Assembly (NCBI RefSeq): GCF_018350175.1
Contig: NC_058368.1
Span: forward strand, 152,770,001-152,834,000
DNA length: 64,000 nucleotides
Direction: 5' to 3'
Source of the DNA: Felis catus
Taxonomy: Eukaryota
Numbering within the stretch: the stretch's first letter is position 1; each line of letters begins with the position of its first letter. This document shows, piece by piece, positions 25,330 to 38,205 of the stretch. The notes under the pieces are model-generated. The model did no database searches. It worked only from the letters and a program-made list of their open reading frames with translations, and was not told where the DNA came from. Position numbers and translations under genes: made by a program.

Positions 25330-25700
25330 TAAAGTAATTATCTATCATCACAGAAATGCTGTGTAACAATCATAAAATCTCAGCAGAGTGTAGTAATAGG
25401 CTTGTTCTGGGTCCACTACCATAGATTGGGTTTGGCCTGGATGGCCCTACTCCAGATGTCTCTCATTCTTCTCCTGGGGATCATTAGAGGCCCAAGAAAG
25501 TAAACAAAAGCTTGCCAGTCTCCTTGAGGTCTAAGCTCAGAACTAGCACATAATCACTTTTACCTTGTACTAACAGCCAAAACAAGTCACAGCCAAACTC
25601 AAAGTCTGAAGGCAGCTCAGTATACCTTACCCACAATGGGATATCACTGAGGTATTACAAGGCCAAGGTTATAGGAAAAGGTAAGGAATTGGGGCCAAGA
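25330..25700. mobile_element. Probable MaLR (MLT1-type) LTR remnant
   Basis: Degenerate motifs gtgtaacaatcataaaatctcag, gctcagaactagcacataatcacttt, gccaaaacaagtcaca. Confidence 0.5.
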
Positions 25701-25806
25701 ATACAAGGTACTGCAGGTGCTTTTAGGAAAGTCAAAAAGTTAACACTAAGATATCATTTTAAAAGTTTAAATAATTATAAAATCTCTTCTCATCGAATTC
25801 AATTAG

Positions 25807-25970
25807 GAGCCATTAATGTCACATATACCACGGTTCCTGGAATGTTGAGTCTAAAGAACCAAACAGAAGGAAACCTTGCTGAGCCAGATGTTGACTTTGT
25901 CTCAGTAGTTGGCTTTCTGATTTTAGAAGAAGGGGAAACAGCAGCAGCCATCAACATTACTATACTTGAG
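25807..25970 (+). CDS. ADGRV1: ADGRV1 exon (~38), GAINVTYTT...NITILE
   Basis: aattag acceptor, GAG|gtaaaa donor, 164 nt, phase 1->0. Confidence 0.94.
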
Positions 25971-27309
25971 GTAAAACTATTTTGCTATTGTTATATTAAA
26001 TCCAAATAACCACAAAGAAAGTAGAAATTGATGGAATATTCTAGTGCCTTTAAATCAGCTTATTTCCTTTTGTGATTTTTTTACAACCACACTGCGGTTT
26101 CTGTTCTTGTCAAAATAGGCTGGTCTGTTGTTGTGTATTTTGTTATAGAAACATCTCCTGATAAAGAGAACTTCCTTAGGGCAGTCCCCTTTAAGACAGG
26201 CATTGTCTTACGAGATTCCAGGGAAGCATTTTGATTACTCCAAAGGATTCGTTGGACCAGCAAATCCATGTAGGTCAGCATTTTAGTTGTTAGGACTGGT
26301 TAAATTAGAGATAGTGAGAAACTCACTGGAGGCTGATGGCATAAAATGTGATTACGGTCAAACTTAAAGTTATCACTGGTGACTGAAATTACATTTTAAA
26401 TGATTTTTCATCTTGTAAAACCTCATGCTGTTTTGGGACCCAGTGCTTCAGCTACCTAAATACATTTCCGAAAGGTTTATGAAAGTAGTATGTATGGAGA
26501 AGGTAGGAGATGGTATGTATGTGTGTTGGAGGGAAGACCATAAATACTGCTTTAGAAAAATAATTTTCAACTAGTCTGTATTTTGGGGCTTCTGTTTTTG
26601 AAAAGGTTTTATTTGCTCAGAGGCTTTTTACTTTTAGTAAATTCTAAGTAGTGTAAACCATTCATCATCTGAAGTTAGTAACTCTTACACTTTGTTGATT
26701 ACCATTGCATAGTGACCTAATACAGTAGTATGAGATCTCTAGAGCCTTAAGATAAAAGGTAATACTCAGCATGTGACGTGTAACACGATTTGGTAAAAAC
26801 AAAACAAAACATTAAGCCAAGTCTTCTTTCAAATATGTAACCTATTAATACAATAAGTAAATATAAATAAATGGATTATTCCTTAGATATGATAATTTTT
26901 AAAACAGAAAATATGTAGCCAACCCTTCTTTTCCTTGCAGAGTCTAGTTTTATGAACATAGAGTTTCCAGTTTACCTTTTTTTTCCTCCTTAGGTCTTTG
27001 TAGCCCTTTCTATTCCCTGAGTGGCATGAGGTTAAGAGACTACAGGCCTGTACACAGAAATAAGCCAGGCCTGGGTTGGGGGACAGGGTGAGCAGTGATA
27101 AGGGAGTTGCTGCATGAGAGTGCAGGGAGCTGCATGAGAGTTGCTGCTGGGATGAGTGAGGGACTGTCCCTTTTACATAACTGATTCTATAACTCCCATT
27201 GGTCTGTATATTATAGAAGATAGTTTAGAGACCATTTCCTATTTTTTCACAATGAAATCCATCTCCATTAAATAAAATGAATAATACAAAATGTATGTAC
27301 TGACACTAT

Positions 27310-27310
<1 letters not shown>

Positions 27311-27347
<37 letters not shown>
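27311..27347. repeat. (CA)n microsatellite
   Basis: Direct reading. Confidence 0.95.
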
Positions 27348-27349
<2 letters not shown>

Positions 27350-27496
27350 TGGGTTTTTATGTAAATATTGTTGACTGTCTTGTCATGATTGGCAGGGGTT
27401 TTGCTAGTCCTTAAGTTTTGGATACCTGCCTTATTTTCAATGTTGTTATGGGCACTAGTGATTAAAAGTAATAGTGTATTAAAACTAACCATCACA

Positions 27497-27712
27497 GGGG
27501 TGCCTGGATGGCTTAGTCGGTTAAGCATCTGACTTCATCTCAGGTCATGATCTCACAGTTTGTGAGTTCGAGCCCACATCGGGCTCTGTGCTGACAGCTG
27601 AGAGCCTGGAGCCTGGTTTGAATTCTGTGTCTACCCCTTTTTCTCTACTCTTCCCCTGTTTATGCCCTTTCTCTCTCTCTCTCCCTCTCAAAAATCAATA
27701 AACATTAAAAAA
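27497..27712 (+). mobile_element. Can-SINE (SINEC_Fc)
   Basis: TSD aaaa(c/t)taaccatcaca; canonical body. Confidence 0.92.
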
Positions 27713-28099
27713 TTAACCATCACAAATAGCTATCACTTTTAAAGACTCTCTGTAGGCCAGGCACTCCATACTCATTATTTTTAATCATTATTACAGTCCC
27801 CAATTGTTTCCCCCATGGTGGAAGCTGAGGCTTTAAGTAACTCACTTAAAATTACAGAATTTGGTGTTAGGTCTCCTTGACTGTGAACCCTGTATTTTTT
27901 TTTTCATGGTATTGTATTCCACATTCCAGTCATTGGATAGTAAGGTAATTTAAAACCTTCTTTTCTTCCATTATATTTAAATTTATCAGTTTTGTATATT
28001 TGTGTTATTGGTTGACATATCAGTTTAGGAAAAATATATTAGCAGTTTTGTGTGTTGAACCTAATAACTTATCATACAATAGGTGTAAGTTTATACTTT

Positions 28100-28704
28100 T
28101 ATTATTTTTTTTTTAGATTTCAGCTTTATTGAAATATTAAATACTGCATGGTATCACTTATGCAGAATCTAAAATATATATAAAATTGTAAGATATTTAA
28201 AATGTATATTGTGATTTTTTTAAAAAAAAAAGTTCATTTACTTTGAGAGAGAGAACATGAGCAGGGGAAGGGGCAGAGAGAGAGAGAAAATCTCACGCAG
28301 CTTTCCGCAGCATCAGTGCAGAGCCTGACGGGGGTTCAAACTCACAAACTGTGAGATAATGACCTGAGCCCAAGTCAGACGCTTAACTGACTGGGCCACC
28401 CAGGTGCCCCTGTGGTGATCTGATACATGTATACATTGTGAAAGAGATTCCTCCTATCTATTTAATGGACATATTTATCACCTGACCTGTTTATCTTTTT
28501 TTGTGTCTGAGAATTTTTAAAATTTCAATTATATGATAACAGTGTTATTACCTATATAGTCACTGTGTTTTACATGAGACTCTTGGACCTTATTTATCTT
28601 AGAGCTGAGTTTGTACTCTTTTACCAACTTCTCCTTATTTCTCCCACCCCCCCAGCCCCTGGCCCTGGCCACCAGTTTGCTACTGTCTATTTCTGTGAGT
28701 TTAA

Positions 28705-28771
<67 letters not shown>

Positions 28772-29635
28772 TTTTTTTTCAGATTCCACATATAAGTGAT
28801 ACCATGCAGTATTTGTTTTTCACTGTCTGGTTTATTTCACTTAGCAAAATGCCCTCTAGGTCCATCCATGTTGTTGCAAATGGCAGGATCTCTGTCTCCC
28901 TTGTGTCTGAATAATATTTCATCATGTATATATACACCACATCTTCCCCATCCATTCACTCATTGATGGACACTTAAGTTTCTGTTTCTTGGCTACTGTG
29001 AGTAATTCTGCGGACATGGGAGTTCACATATCTCTTCGATACCCTGTTTTTACTACCTTTGGGTATATACCCTGGTGTGGGATTGCTGGATTATATGGTA
29101 GTTCTATTTTTAATTCTTTGAGGAACCTCCATATTGTGTCGCATAGTGGCTGTACAAATTTACATTCCCACCAACAGTACACAAGGGCTCCCTATTCTCC
29201 ACATCCTCACCAATATTTATTGCTTGTCTTTTTCATAATAGTCATTCTAAGAAATGTAAGGTAATGTCTCATTCTGGTTTTGATTTGCATTTCCATGATG
29301 ATCAGTGATATTGAGCACCTTTTCCTGTATGTGTTGGCCACATCTTTCTTGGAAAAATAACTTTATCTGTTGTACATTTTTAAATCAGATTATTTGTGGG
29401 GTTTTTTTTGGGGGGGGGGGCTGCTGAGTTGTAGCAGTTCTTTATGTATTTTGGATGTTCACTCTTTATCATATATGTGATTTGCAAATACTTTCTCCCA
29501 TTCCATTGGTTGTCTTTTCATTTTGTGGATGGTTTCCTTTGCTGTGCAGAAGCTTTTTAGTTTGTTGTAGTCCCACTTGGTTATTTATGCTTTTGCTTTT
29601 GGTGTCAAATCTGAAAAAAACATCATAGCCAAGAA
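28100..29635 (-). mobile_element. Older L1 3' fragment with nested SINE and (TTTC)n
   Basis: L1 3' end motifs (cagctttattgaaata; agattccacatataagtga; gctgtgcagaagctttttagttt); (TTTC)n ~28706-28770. Confidence 0.85.
28215..28410 (-). mobile_element. Can-SINE nested in L1
   Basis: Ends gccacccaggtgcccc; (GA)n. Confidence 0.88.
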
Positions 29636-29801
29636 TATTTATTTAAAATTTTAAATCTTTTCTATTCTAGCTTTGCATTTTTATACTTGCTATATACTAC
29701 TTAAGTGTATATATTTACCAGATAATTTTAAAAACTGCTTGTGAGAGGTCATGACTTTGAGAGCGTAACTATAGGGAATTTAATGGATATAATTTTTGCA
29801 G

Positions 29802-29895
29802 GACGACATACCAGAGCTAGAAGAATATTTCCTTGTGAATTTAACTTATATTGACCTTATCATGGCTCCTTTAACTTCATTTCCTCCTAGACTAG
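29802..29895 (+). CDS. ADGRV1: ADGRV1 exon (~39), DDIPELEEYF...FPPRL
   Basis: ttgcag acceptor, TAG|gtatga donor, 94 nt, phase 0->1. Confidence 0.94.
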
Positions 29896-30708
29896 GTATG
29901 ATTTTTGTTTGTTTCCGTTTATTCACTGCAAATGAAGTAAAGTTATTCATTTTTAAATCAGAAGTAATCGCTTATAATACTTGTTAATCTCAGCTATGAA
30001 AGAAAATATAGTGAGCTTTTAGGTTTATTTTAATTTAGAGATTGTCATCTGTTGCATTTTTGTACACTGGACGTCATAAACACATTCAAGAATTATTTAT
30101 TGTGTGATGCTTTCTAAATTTTACAACTATTTATGATGAAATTTGTAATCTTAAAAATAGAATTAGTTCTTAGGCATTTTTCCTGTTAAAATTTAATTTG
30201 CTATTTTTATTAGATCTCCAAACTGTCAGATGATTTTATTTTTCTTTAGGGTAAGCAGTACTTTTGTTTGTTTATTGTGTTCTCTGCTTCTTTTTTGACC
30301 TTTTACCTCTTTCTTTTCATGCTTTAGAAAAGATTCACTTTATTCATTACAGACTGAAAGGTAAAACTTGAACCTTAGTATAGATTTACGTAGATTACTA
30401 TAACAAGGTGTATTCTTATTTTAAAACACAATTTTTAGTGTGCAGTTTGGGCATTTAGTATTGAGAATTTTGTCTGAAGCTTGTAGGTATGATGGCCTGG
30501 GAAGTGTGGGCTGTGAGCCCTGTGGTAGCCTGTTCCCCCTCCCTTGGTTAGAAGATGGGCTGGATGGCAGGAAATTAGCCTGGGTTCAAGGAAGAGAAGC
30601 ATGGCCGAGAGGAGTAACCTAAGGAATAAGTTTTCCTCATTCACTTGTGAGACTCAGTATGACAACTTTGAAAATAACAGAAGAGAATAATGAGTTCATA
30701 ACATATTA

Positions 30709-30985
30709 CCGTAAGAACCTTGGTTTGCGAGTGTTATTTGTTCTGGAAACATGCTTGTAATCCAAAGCACTCAAATATCAAAGCAAATTTCAAGAACCAT
30801 TGGTTCATTTGTGATCATGTGACATTCTACTGTGCAATACTACTCTATTTGCAATACTACTCTATGTGCAATACTACTCATATTGCAAGTCATTGCCTGT
30901 TTATCAAGTTAAAATTTATTAGAAATGTTTGCTCATCTTGCAGAAAACTCACAGAACAAGTTATTTGCAATCCAAGGTTTTACTG
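30709..30985. mobile_element. Non-autonomous Tc1/mariner (Tigger/pogo-like) MITE, copy 2
   Basis: TA|ccgtaagaaccttggtttgcgag...gcaatccaaggttttactg|TA; internal tandem triplication. Confidence 0.8.
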
Positions 30986-31149
30986 TATGTGAAAAGGTTT
31001 GGTTCTTTTACAAAAGGAATTTATGACTCCAGTGACTAAGCTGTTTATATCCAGTATTTATTATAAGATAATTACTGTTCATGCTAAGAAAACTAACAAA
31101 ATACTTCATATTTCTTTATACTCATATTAGAGGTAACTTAAATAGTGTG

Positions 31150-31340
31150 ACTTCTGTTGAGTGCTTTCCAATGCCCCTGTTTCAAGTGCTTTATATGTCA
31201 GTACCATCATTCCTTACACTTGAGCATTTTACAGATGAGGGAGTGGAGGCTAGGAGAGGCTAAGTAACATGCCCAGAATCACACAGTGAGGAGATGGTGG
31301 AGCTGGGCTTATGCTGTGAAGCCTCTAGTCTGATGGACAC
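31150..31340 (-). mobile_element. MIR fragment
   Basis: cattttacagatgagggagtggaggct..agaggctaagtaac. Confidence 0.65.
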
Positions 31341-32081
31341 AAATTTTGATTTTATATTCTTTTCTTGACAATGTTCTCTTCGCTCAGAGAGAATTACGCC
31401 CTCCGTATCCCTTCCCCACCTAGGCCACTGTTAGAAGTATCATAAGAGTAAGGTAGAGCCTTCAAATTTTAAAGGGGAAAGGACAAAATATTAAAAAACT
31501 AAACAGGGACAAGGTTAATATTTCAAGACTGAATAATGAATACTGGGAATATACTGAACTTGGTAGACAGAGTGTAAGATAAAAAGGGATAAAAGAGCTT
31601 TACTTCAGTCTTAGTCTCTGTGCCACCTAACCTTCACCCATCTTTCCCTCTTGTCTCACCTTGTATCCCTGTCTCTCCCTGCTTCTCCTTAAACCTGCAC
31701 TTTTCTCTGCAGTTCTTATCGCCTTTCTCTTCCCATTCCTTTCTCTTTTCTTGCTCTTTCTACTTTGTCCAGTGGTCCCTATTTTCCTTTCCTCTTGAAA
31801 TGGATTAAAATAATAGAAATAAAACCATAACCTCAGTTGCTTATTTTATATTGTTCTCAGTTCATTAGATTTCAGTAAGTTGGTGTTCTTGTTAGGAAAA
31901 AGTTTTCTTATTCAAATATTATAAGCATTTATATTTTATTTTCTTAAACATCTTTGAGTAATGCCTATGATATCTCTATATTAGAAATTATATGGTCTCA
32001 AAGGATGGTCTTTAAATTCTGTGTCAAATCATTCTTTTTTAATCATTTCTATTTAAAAATATATTTCTTTGTTGTTTTCAG

Positions 32082-32160
32082 ATTCAGAGGGCTTGACTGC
32101 ACAAATTATTATCGATGCCAATGATGGTGCACGAGGTGTAATCGAATGGCAACATAGCAG
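32082..32160 (+). CDS. ADGRV1: ADGRV1 exon (~40), DSEGLTAQII...EWQHS
   Basis: tttcag acceptor, CAG|gtaaga donor, 79 nt, phase 1->2. Confidence 0.94.
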
Positions 32161-32262
32161 GTAAGACCAAAGCTGTGTAAGAGTCCTTTTCTGAGTTTCA
32201 GATTTTTTATCTACTGAATAAAATCTTACAAGGAAAAGATTAATGTATTATGTTTATTTTAG

Positions 32263-32401
32263 GTTTGCAGTAAATGAAACCAAAGGAAGTTTAACATTGG
32301 TAGCTCAGCGAAGCAAAAGGACTCTTGGCCATGTTTCCTTGTTTGTATATGCCCAGAATTTGGAAGCACAGCTGGGGCTGGATTACATCTTCACCCCATC
32401 G
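32263..32401 (+). CDS. ADGRV1: ADGRV1 exon (~41), RFAVNETKGS...YIFTPS
   Basis: ttttag acceptor, TCG|gtgaat donor, 139 nt, phase 2->0; preceded by a 102-nt intron. Confidence 0.93.
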
Positions 32402-32764
32402 GTGAATTCCTTGTGAATTATAGTGACTTAGGTCTTGTATTAATAAATCTGAAAGTAATGAACTATTATGTTTTGCATATTAAATTAGGGTAGAAGACTT
32501 CTACGTTATGGAATAACTCCCTTCACTATTTTAGTAAAATTTGTAAATTTTTAGTTCTAAACATTATTCTCTATTTATTTTATTCATTTATTATTTTGTT
32601 TTAATATTTGATATTATTTTATTCACTGTCTTATTGCAATATATGATAATGGAGAATACAGGTTATTGTGTCAAAGAATTTATATCATTATATTTATATC
32701 ATTAGACACATATTTTCTGGAGTGTTTCTTATGATTCTTGAAAGTTTAAGGTTTTTAGTTTTTA

Positions 32765-32870
32765 AGTTTTTTTTTTTTTTTTAGTAATCTCTACACCCAA
32801 CATGGGGCTCAAACTCACAACCCTGAGATTGAGAGTTGTATACTCTACTAACTGACCCAGCCAGGCATGC
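32765..32870 (-). mobile_element. Short Can-SINE
   Basis: T tail, agtaatctctacacccaacatggggctcaaactcacaaccctgag. Confidence 0.8.
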
Positions 32871-33193
32871 TGAAAATTTTAAGTCTTTTATTTCTTTGTT
32901 TTAATTTACTGAAACACAATTAGTGTTTTAAAATGCTTTTTAATTTGTCTCTTGGTGCCTTTTATTCCTTAGTCAAATGTTTACTTTCTTCTCTTTCTCC
33001 ACACATTTTACTTTTTAAACTTCATGTTGTCAATTTAAATAAAAAAGGTCAATAAAAAATAAGGGAAAAATCCTTATTTTTATTAAAAAGTTTATTTCAC
33101 ATTGCCAGCCATATTGTATTTTTGCCAAATAGTCTGTGAAAAATCAATCATATATTTATATATAATACCACCTACTTTCACTTTCTTGTCCAG

Positions 33194-33335
33194 ATTCTTC
33201 ATTTTGTTGATGGAGAAAGGTATAAAAATATTGACATCGTGATTCTTGATGATGACATTCCAGAAGGAGATGAAACATTTCAGCTGGTTTTAACAAATCC
33301 TTCTCCTGGACTAGAGCTGGGGGAAAAAACAATAG
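33194..33335 (+). CDS. ADGRV1: ADGRV1 exon (~42), ILHFVDGERY...LGEKTI
   Basis: gtccag acceptor, TAG|gtaatt donor, 142 nt, phase 0->1. Confidence 0.94.
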
Positions 33336-34217
33336 GTAATTAACAATTTCTTATATACAGTTCACTTTCACTCATGATGTTTTCCTAACATGGAGGCAGT
33401 TGTACAGGGATTAAAGTCTTGATAGTTTTCTATAAAAAGCATTTTAAATTCAACATTTTGGAATCCCTATGTCAGTATAATAGTCCTTCCAGCCTTGTGT
33501 AGTTGTGTGTGTTTGTGTGTTTGTAAAACAAAAAAGTAGGTTGGTAGTAACAATTATATTAAGTCATTTCTGTAGCTACAAATTAAATAACGAAATGTCT
33601 TTCATTTAGAATTTAAATTATTCTCTGATTTTCTGTTTACCAATAGAGGGAATGACAAGTTGTTTAGTATCGTTTTATTGCTATAGTATTTTCACATAAA
33701 GTTGAAGTATACTGATACCTAAGACATTATGGGAGCCACAATTCTTTGGAGCAGTTTGACATTGTTATGAAATGTCATACTAATTTACTGCTTGTTAGAT
33801 ATGATACTGACTGCTTAGAGAGGGTAAAAAAGAGAGGAGAAAACTTCATGGAAATATAGAGCTTGTAGGATTAGAACGTCTCTTTAAAAGTCACTTAATT
33901 TAGTTTCTGTGGTGATATGTCAGGTGCACTTAGAAGACCAAGAGTTGACTGACTCTTCAACCTCTTGTTTTAGCTAGTGGCTGAGAGTTCTTTGGGATTC
34001 CCTTAATTTAATTAACCTTTATATTCCTAAATTATTGGTCTATATGTGAAAAAAATTTTGATTTGTAATAAAAAACATGAAAGAATCTTGAGTAATTCAA
34101 GAACTGGGTTTTACTTTTATTGCCATACTAATAAACATGTTGATATTTCTGTGTATTTAGAACCTTTCTTGAGTCTACAGCCATTGTTTCAAATTCAAAG
34201 AGTATGTTGAAAATATA

Positions 34218-34275
34218 CTTTAAAAAATGTTTATTTTGAAAGAGAGAGAGAGAGAGAGAGCATGAGCAAGGGAGG

Positions 34276-34329
<54 letters not shown>

Positions 34330-34457
34330 AAAATCCCAAGCAGGCTCCGCATTGCCAGCATAGAGCCTGATGCGGGCTCGATCCCATAAACTGTGAGATC
34401 ATGACCTGAGCCAAAATCAAGAATGGAGCGCTGACCAACTGAGCCACCCAGGCACTC
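34218..34457 (-). mobile_element. Can-SINE
   Basis: Long (GA)n, canonical body, near-TSD aaaatata. Confidence 0.9.
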
Positions 34458-35219
34458 TTAAAATATATATTTTTTTGTACATACAACATAGTGGGTTGTA
34501 TGTAAAGGGTTGTAGGAATGGAAATGATGTGTTGATTAAGAATCTTTTATGTAAACAATAGAAAACCCAATTCAAATGGACTTAAAGGAAATTTATTGGC
34601 TCATTTAATCTGAGGGTCCAGACGCATACACAGTTTTAGATGCAGTGGTACCAGGACTTAACATGCCACCAAAGACCTTGTTGTTCTCTGCCTCTTCTTG
34701 CTTTTGGAATATTGGCTTCCACACAAGGCTAATGTTACTTGTCATAAGATGATTATCCGCATCTTCCTTTTACATTCCACATAATAGGAAAGAAGAGCAC
34801 TCAAACTTAAGCATTCCTAAAAAAGGCCTAATACAATTCTGTTTGGAATTATGTAGGTTATATGCCCATGACCATGAGTAGGAGGAAGGACTATCTTATT
34901 GGTCTCTGTCAGGTTTACTTTGTACTTGTAATTTTCTGTTTTTAAATCTAAAAACAGTCCTCAGTGCTTTGATAGTGGGTGATTTCTTAAACTATGCCCC
35001 ATTAATCAGCCTTTAGACCATTTCAAAAATTCCATAAAATATCAATAAATATTCTTATATATAAATCTTTGTATATATGAGTAATTAAGATCATCTGTTG
35101 AGTACATTGGGTATTGAGTGGAAAGGACAACAGCTGCCTTCTTTATTACCCTTACTCCAAAGTTATATATAAAATTTTTATTTCTTCACATCCTCAGCAG
35201 GAATTTCTTTGGATTTTAA

Positions 35220-35222
<3 letters not shown>

Positions 35223-35280
<58 letters not shown>

Positions 35281-35287
35281 CTCTCTT
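35223..35287. repeat. (CT)n microsatellite
   Basis: Direct reading. Confidence 0.95.
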
Positions 35288-35629
35288 TCATCTGTTTTTC
35301 CTGGCCTCTAATTCTGTTCTATTTGCCTGTTTATGTACTAATAGCAGTTTTATTTATCTTAGCTTTAATATACATTTTATTTTTTTAGGCCAAATACTTT
35401 TTATTTTTTTTCTCTGTACCATCTCACCTATTCTTTCAAGTATCTTTTCCATATGAACTTTAGAATCAATGAACTGAATTCCATAAAACAACTATTTTGA
35501 TAGTTTTGGGGTTGAATTCAAGTTTTAGGTTAATTTGAAAGAACTCAGCATCATTATAATATTGTTTTTCCATTTAGAAATATGATATACTTTTCCATTA
35601 ATTTAGATCATCTTTTGTATCATTGCTTT

Positions 35630-36070
35630 AATTTGTGTTCCCTCAAAAGCAAACCCTGAGACAAGGATTTGGATGGAAGTAGTTTATTGGAGGAAGTGAT
35701 CTCTGGAGACATAGTGAGAAGTGAAGAAGTGAGACAGAGAGAGAGAAGAAGGCTGGTAAAAGATGGGCTGACGAATGGTACTGCTTTGGGCAACTGGAGC
35801 TCAGTGCTGCTGGGGTCCTTCCTAGACACCGAGTTGAGCAAAGTTCAGGGTGATCGTTCTAAAAACAAGTTGGGATATTCATTCACCGGCTCCTGTCCCT
35901 TGTTGTTTGAGTATGCTCTTGGGTGTTAAGTCTCCAGCAGTTCTGGCTTTATTCCTGCATCAGCTGATGGCGTCCTCAGGTAGAAAGATCAGTTGGCAAA
36001 AGAAACTCTGGAAGTGGTCTTGAAAGGGCCTAGGGGGCATGGAAGAGACACTGATAGCATTGGTCACAGT
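35630..36070. mobile_element. Probable ancient ERVL-type solo LTR (LTR33/LTR16-like)
   Basis: aagcaaaccctgagacaaggatttgga..aagtagtttattgg resembles recalled consensus; family unconfirmed. Confidence 0.5.
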
Positions 36071-37001
36071 CACACATTAACACTGTATACGTTGTTCATA
36101 TAGGTCCTCTATTTTTAACTTTGATTCCTAGGTATTGTTGCTATTGTGAATGAGGTCCCTTTTCTGTTGTTTGTTTTTTAATAGTTATAGCTTATACATA
36201 GAGATATTATAATAATATTTTAATTTTTTTTTATAATAATATTTTAGATGCATGTTCCATAGCACACTTCCCAGCTCTGAGCACCAGTTCTGCCACTTGC
36301 TAGCTTGTGTACTTCCACAGATTGCCTCTCTGTGCTTCAGCCATTGGATTTGTAAAGGAAAATAGTAATAGAATCAACCTCCTAGGGTTGTGAGAATTAA
36401 ATGGGTTAACACAGGTTAAGCAGTTTGTAAGTTCTCAGTAGGATTAGTTGTTCCACTGCTATTATTCATATTATCATTAGTGGTAGTAAAAAATAAAAAG
36501 CTCTTAGTTTTTGAAGGTTACTCAGCTTACATTTTCAACTCTTACAATAGTTCTAAGAAGTTTTTTCTCCTGTTTTTTTTTTTAAGAAGACAATCATGTT
36601 GTCTAGAAAATAGTGTTAGTTCTGAGTCTTCCTTTCCATTGTTTTCATACCTGTTACCTGGCTCCTGGCTCCAGGACAATGCTGAATAGTAGCAGTAATG
36701 GCGGGTATTGTTGTCGTCTTTCTGTTTTTAGTGGCACCCTTCCAATGTTTCAACATTGAGTTAGGTCTTTGTTATTGGCTTTTGAGGTTGATGAGAAAGG
36801 TGCCTTTTATTCTAAGATTACTGACTATTTTTTTATCATGAGTGAATATGGAATTTTATTAAATGCCTTTTAAAATTCCCCTTCTTTTTAAGGTGATCTA
36901 GAAAAGAGTTGTCTTAGTTTATAATGAAACATCTCCATACTTCCCAGTACTTATAACCTGCCCTATTTTGATTTAGTGCTTTAATATTTTTATTTCAACA
37001 G

Positions 37002-37264
37002 CATTAATTACCATCCTTGCTAATGATGATGGTCCTGGAGTCCTATCATTTAACAACAGTGAGCACTTTTTCCTAAGAGAACCGACAGCTCTCTACATAC
37101 AGGAGAGTAGTGCACTATTGTATGTTGTTCGGGAACCTGCACAAGGACTCTTTGGAACTGTGACAGTTCAGTTCATTGTGACAGAGGTAAACTCCTCAGT
37201 GGAGTCCAAAGATCTGACCCCTGTCAAAGGCTACATTGTTTTAGAAGAAGGTGTTCGTTTCAAG
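37002..37264 (+). CDS. ADGRV1: ADGRV1 exon (~43), ALITILANDD...EGVRFK
   Basis: caacag acceptor, AAG|gtatag donor, 263 nt, phase 1->0. Confidence 0.94.
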
Positions 37265-37982
37265 GTATAGTATGAGGCTTTAATGCCCCTGCAGTTGGTT
37301 CTTTTTTATTGCTGAGTAGCACTGCACTCAATAGGCCGTTATTTGTTTATCCATTTTTCTGTTGATAAACATGTGGGTTGTTTCTAATGTTCTTTAATCG
37401 GAATAAGTAATATTTATGAATAATTTTCTCTTAGGGGAGCACCCTGGGTCCTAAAAAGAAAAAAAAAAGTTCTCCCAGGCTAGATGACAGGCAAAGATGA
37501 TTACATTACCATGTGAAAGTGTTACAGTGCTATATAGTCTGCATAGAGTGCTGGTGGAGAAATTTGTTCTGCAAATAGGGTAGTGGAATGTGCAAGTAAT
37601 AAGAAAATTGTACATATTGCTGTTGTAAATGTTAACTATTTAGGTAACATACTTCACTTTATATTATTTTTAAAACAAAAGCTAAAAAACTCTAAACCAT
37701 TTATTATAGTCACTAAGCCCTAGCCAGTCATCCTTTTGGCCACATTTTCATTAAACAAAATATAATTGCTTACTCTAGCCTGCTTATTTGAGAAGCCTGT
37801 ATCATGTGTGTATAGGAATAGCTTATTGGAGAAGAAATGCTGGATTTGGGGTTAATTATAAATGTGATCTGTACTTATGGAAGTTTATCTTCTGAAACTT
37901 CCTTTTCTGTATATTGATAATTTTCTCTCCCAACAACTAAATTTTATTCATTTATTCATTCATTCATTCATTCATTCATTCA

Positions 37983-38004
37983 TTTTAAAGTTTATTTATT
38001 TATT

Positions 38005-38052
<48 letters not shown>

Positions 38053-38205
38053 CGAGCAAGAGAGAAGGAGAGAGAGGATCCCAAGCAGGTTCTGCACTGA
38101 TAGCACAGAGCCTGTCACGGGGCTCAGTTGCATGAACCGTGAGATCATGACCTGAGCTGAAATCAAGAGTTAGACACTTAACCAACTGAGCCACCCAGGC
38201 GCCCC
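37983..38205 (-). mobile_element. Can-SINE with adjacent (TCAT)n
   Basis: Ends ccacccaggcgcccc; TSD-like taaattttat. Confidence 0.9.

Noticed and set aside
26081..26281. Non-repetitive-looking 66-aa minus-strand ORF as a possible retrocopy
   Set aside because: No recognisable protein, poly(A) tail or TSD; length is within chance expectation.
30831..30880. Short repeated units resembling a CRISPR-like array
   Set aside because: Head-to-tail slippage triplication inside a MITE, no spacers, mammalian context.
37184..37192. Internal GAG|gtaaac donor 78 nt upstream of the exon end (in frame)
   Set aside because: Such motifs arise readily from Glu-Val-Asn codons, and use would delete core Calx-beta strands; no supporting evidence.
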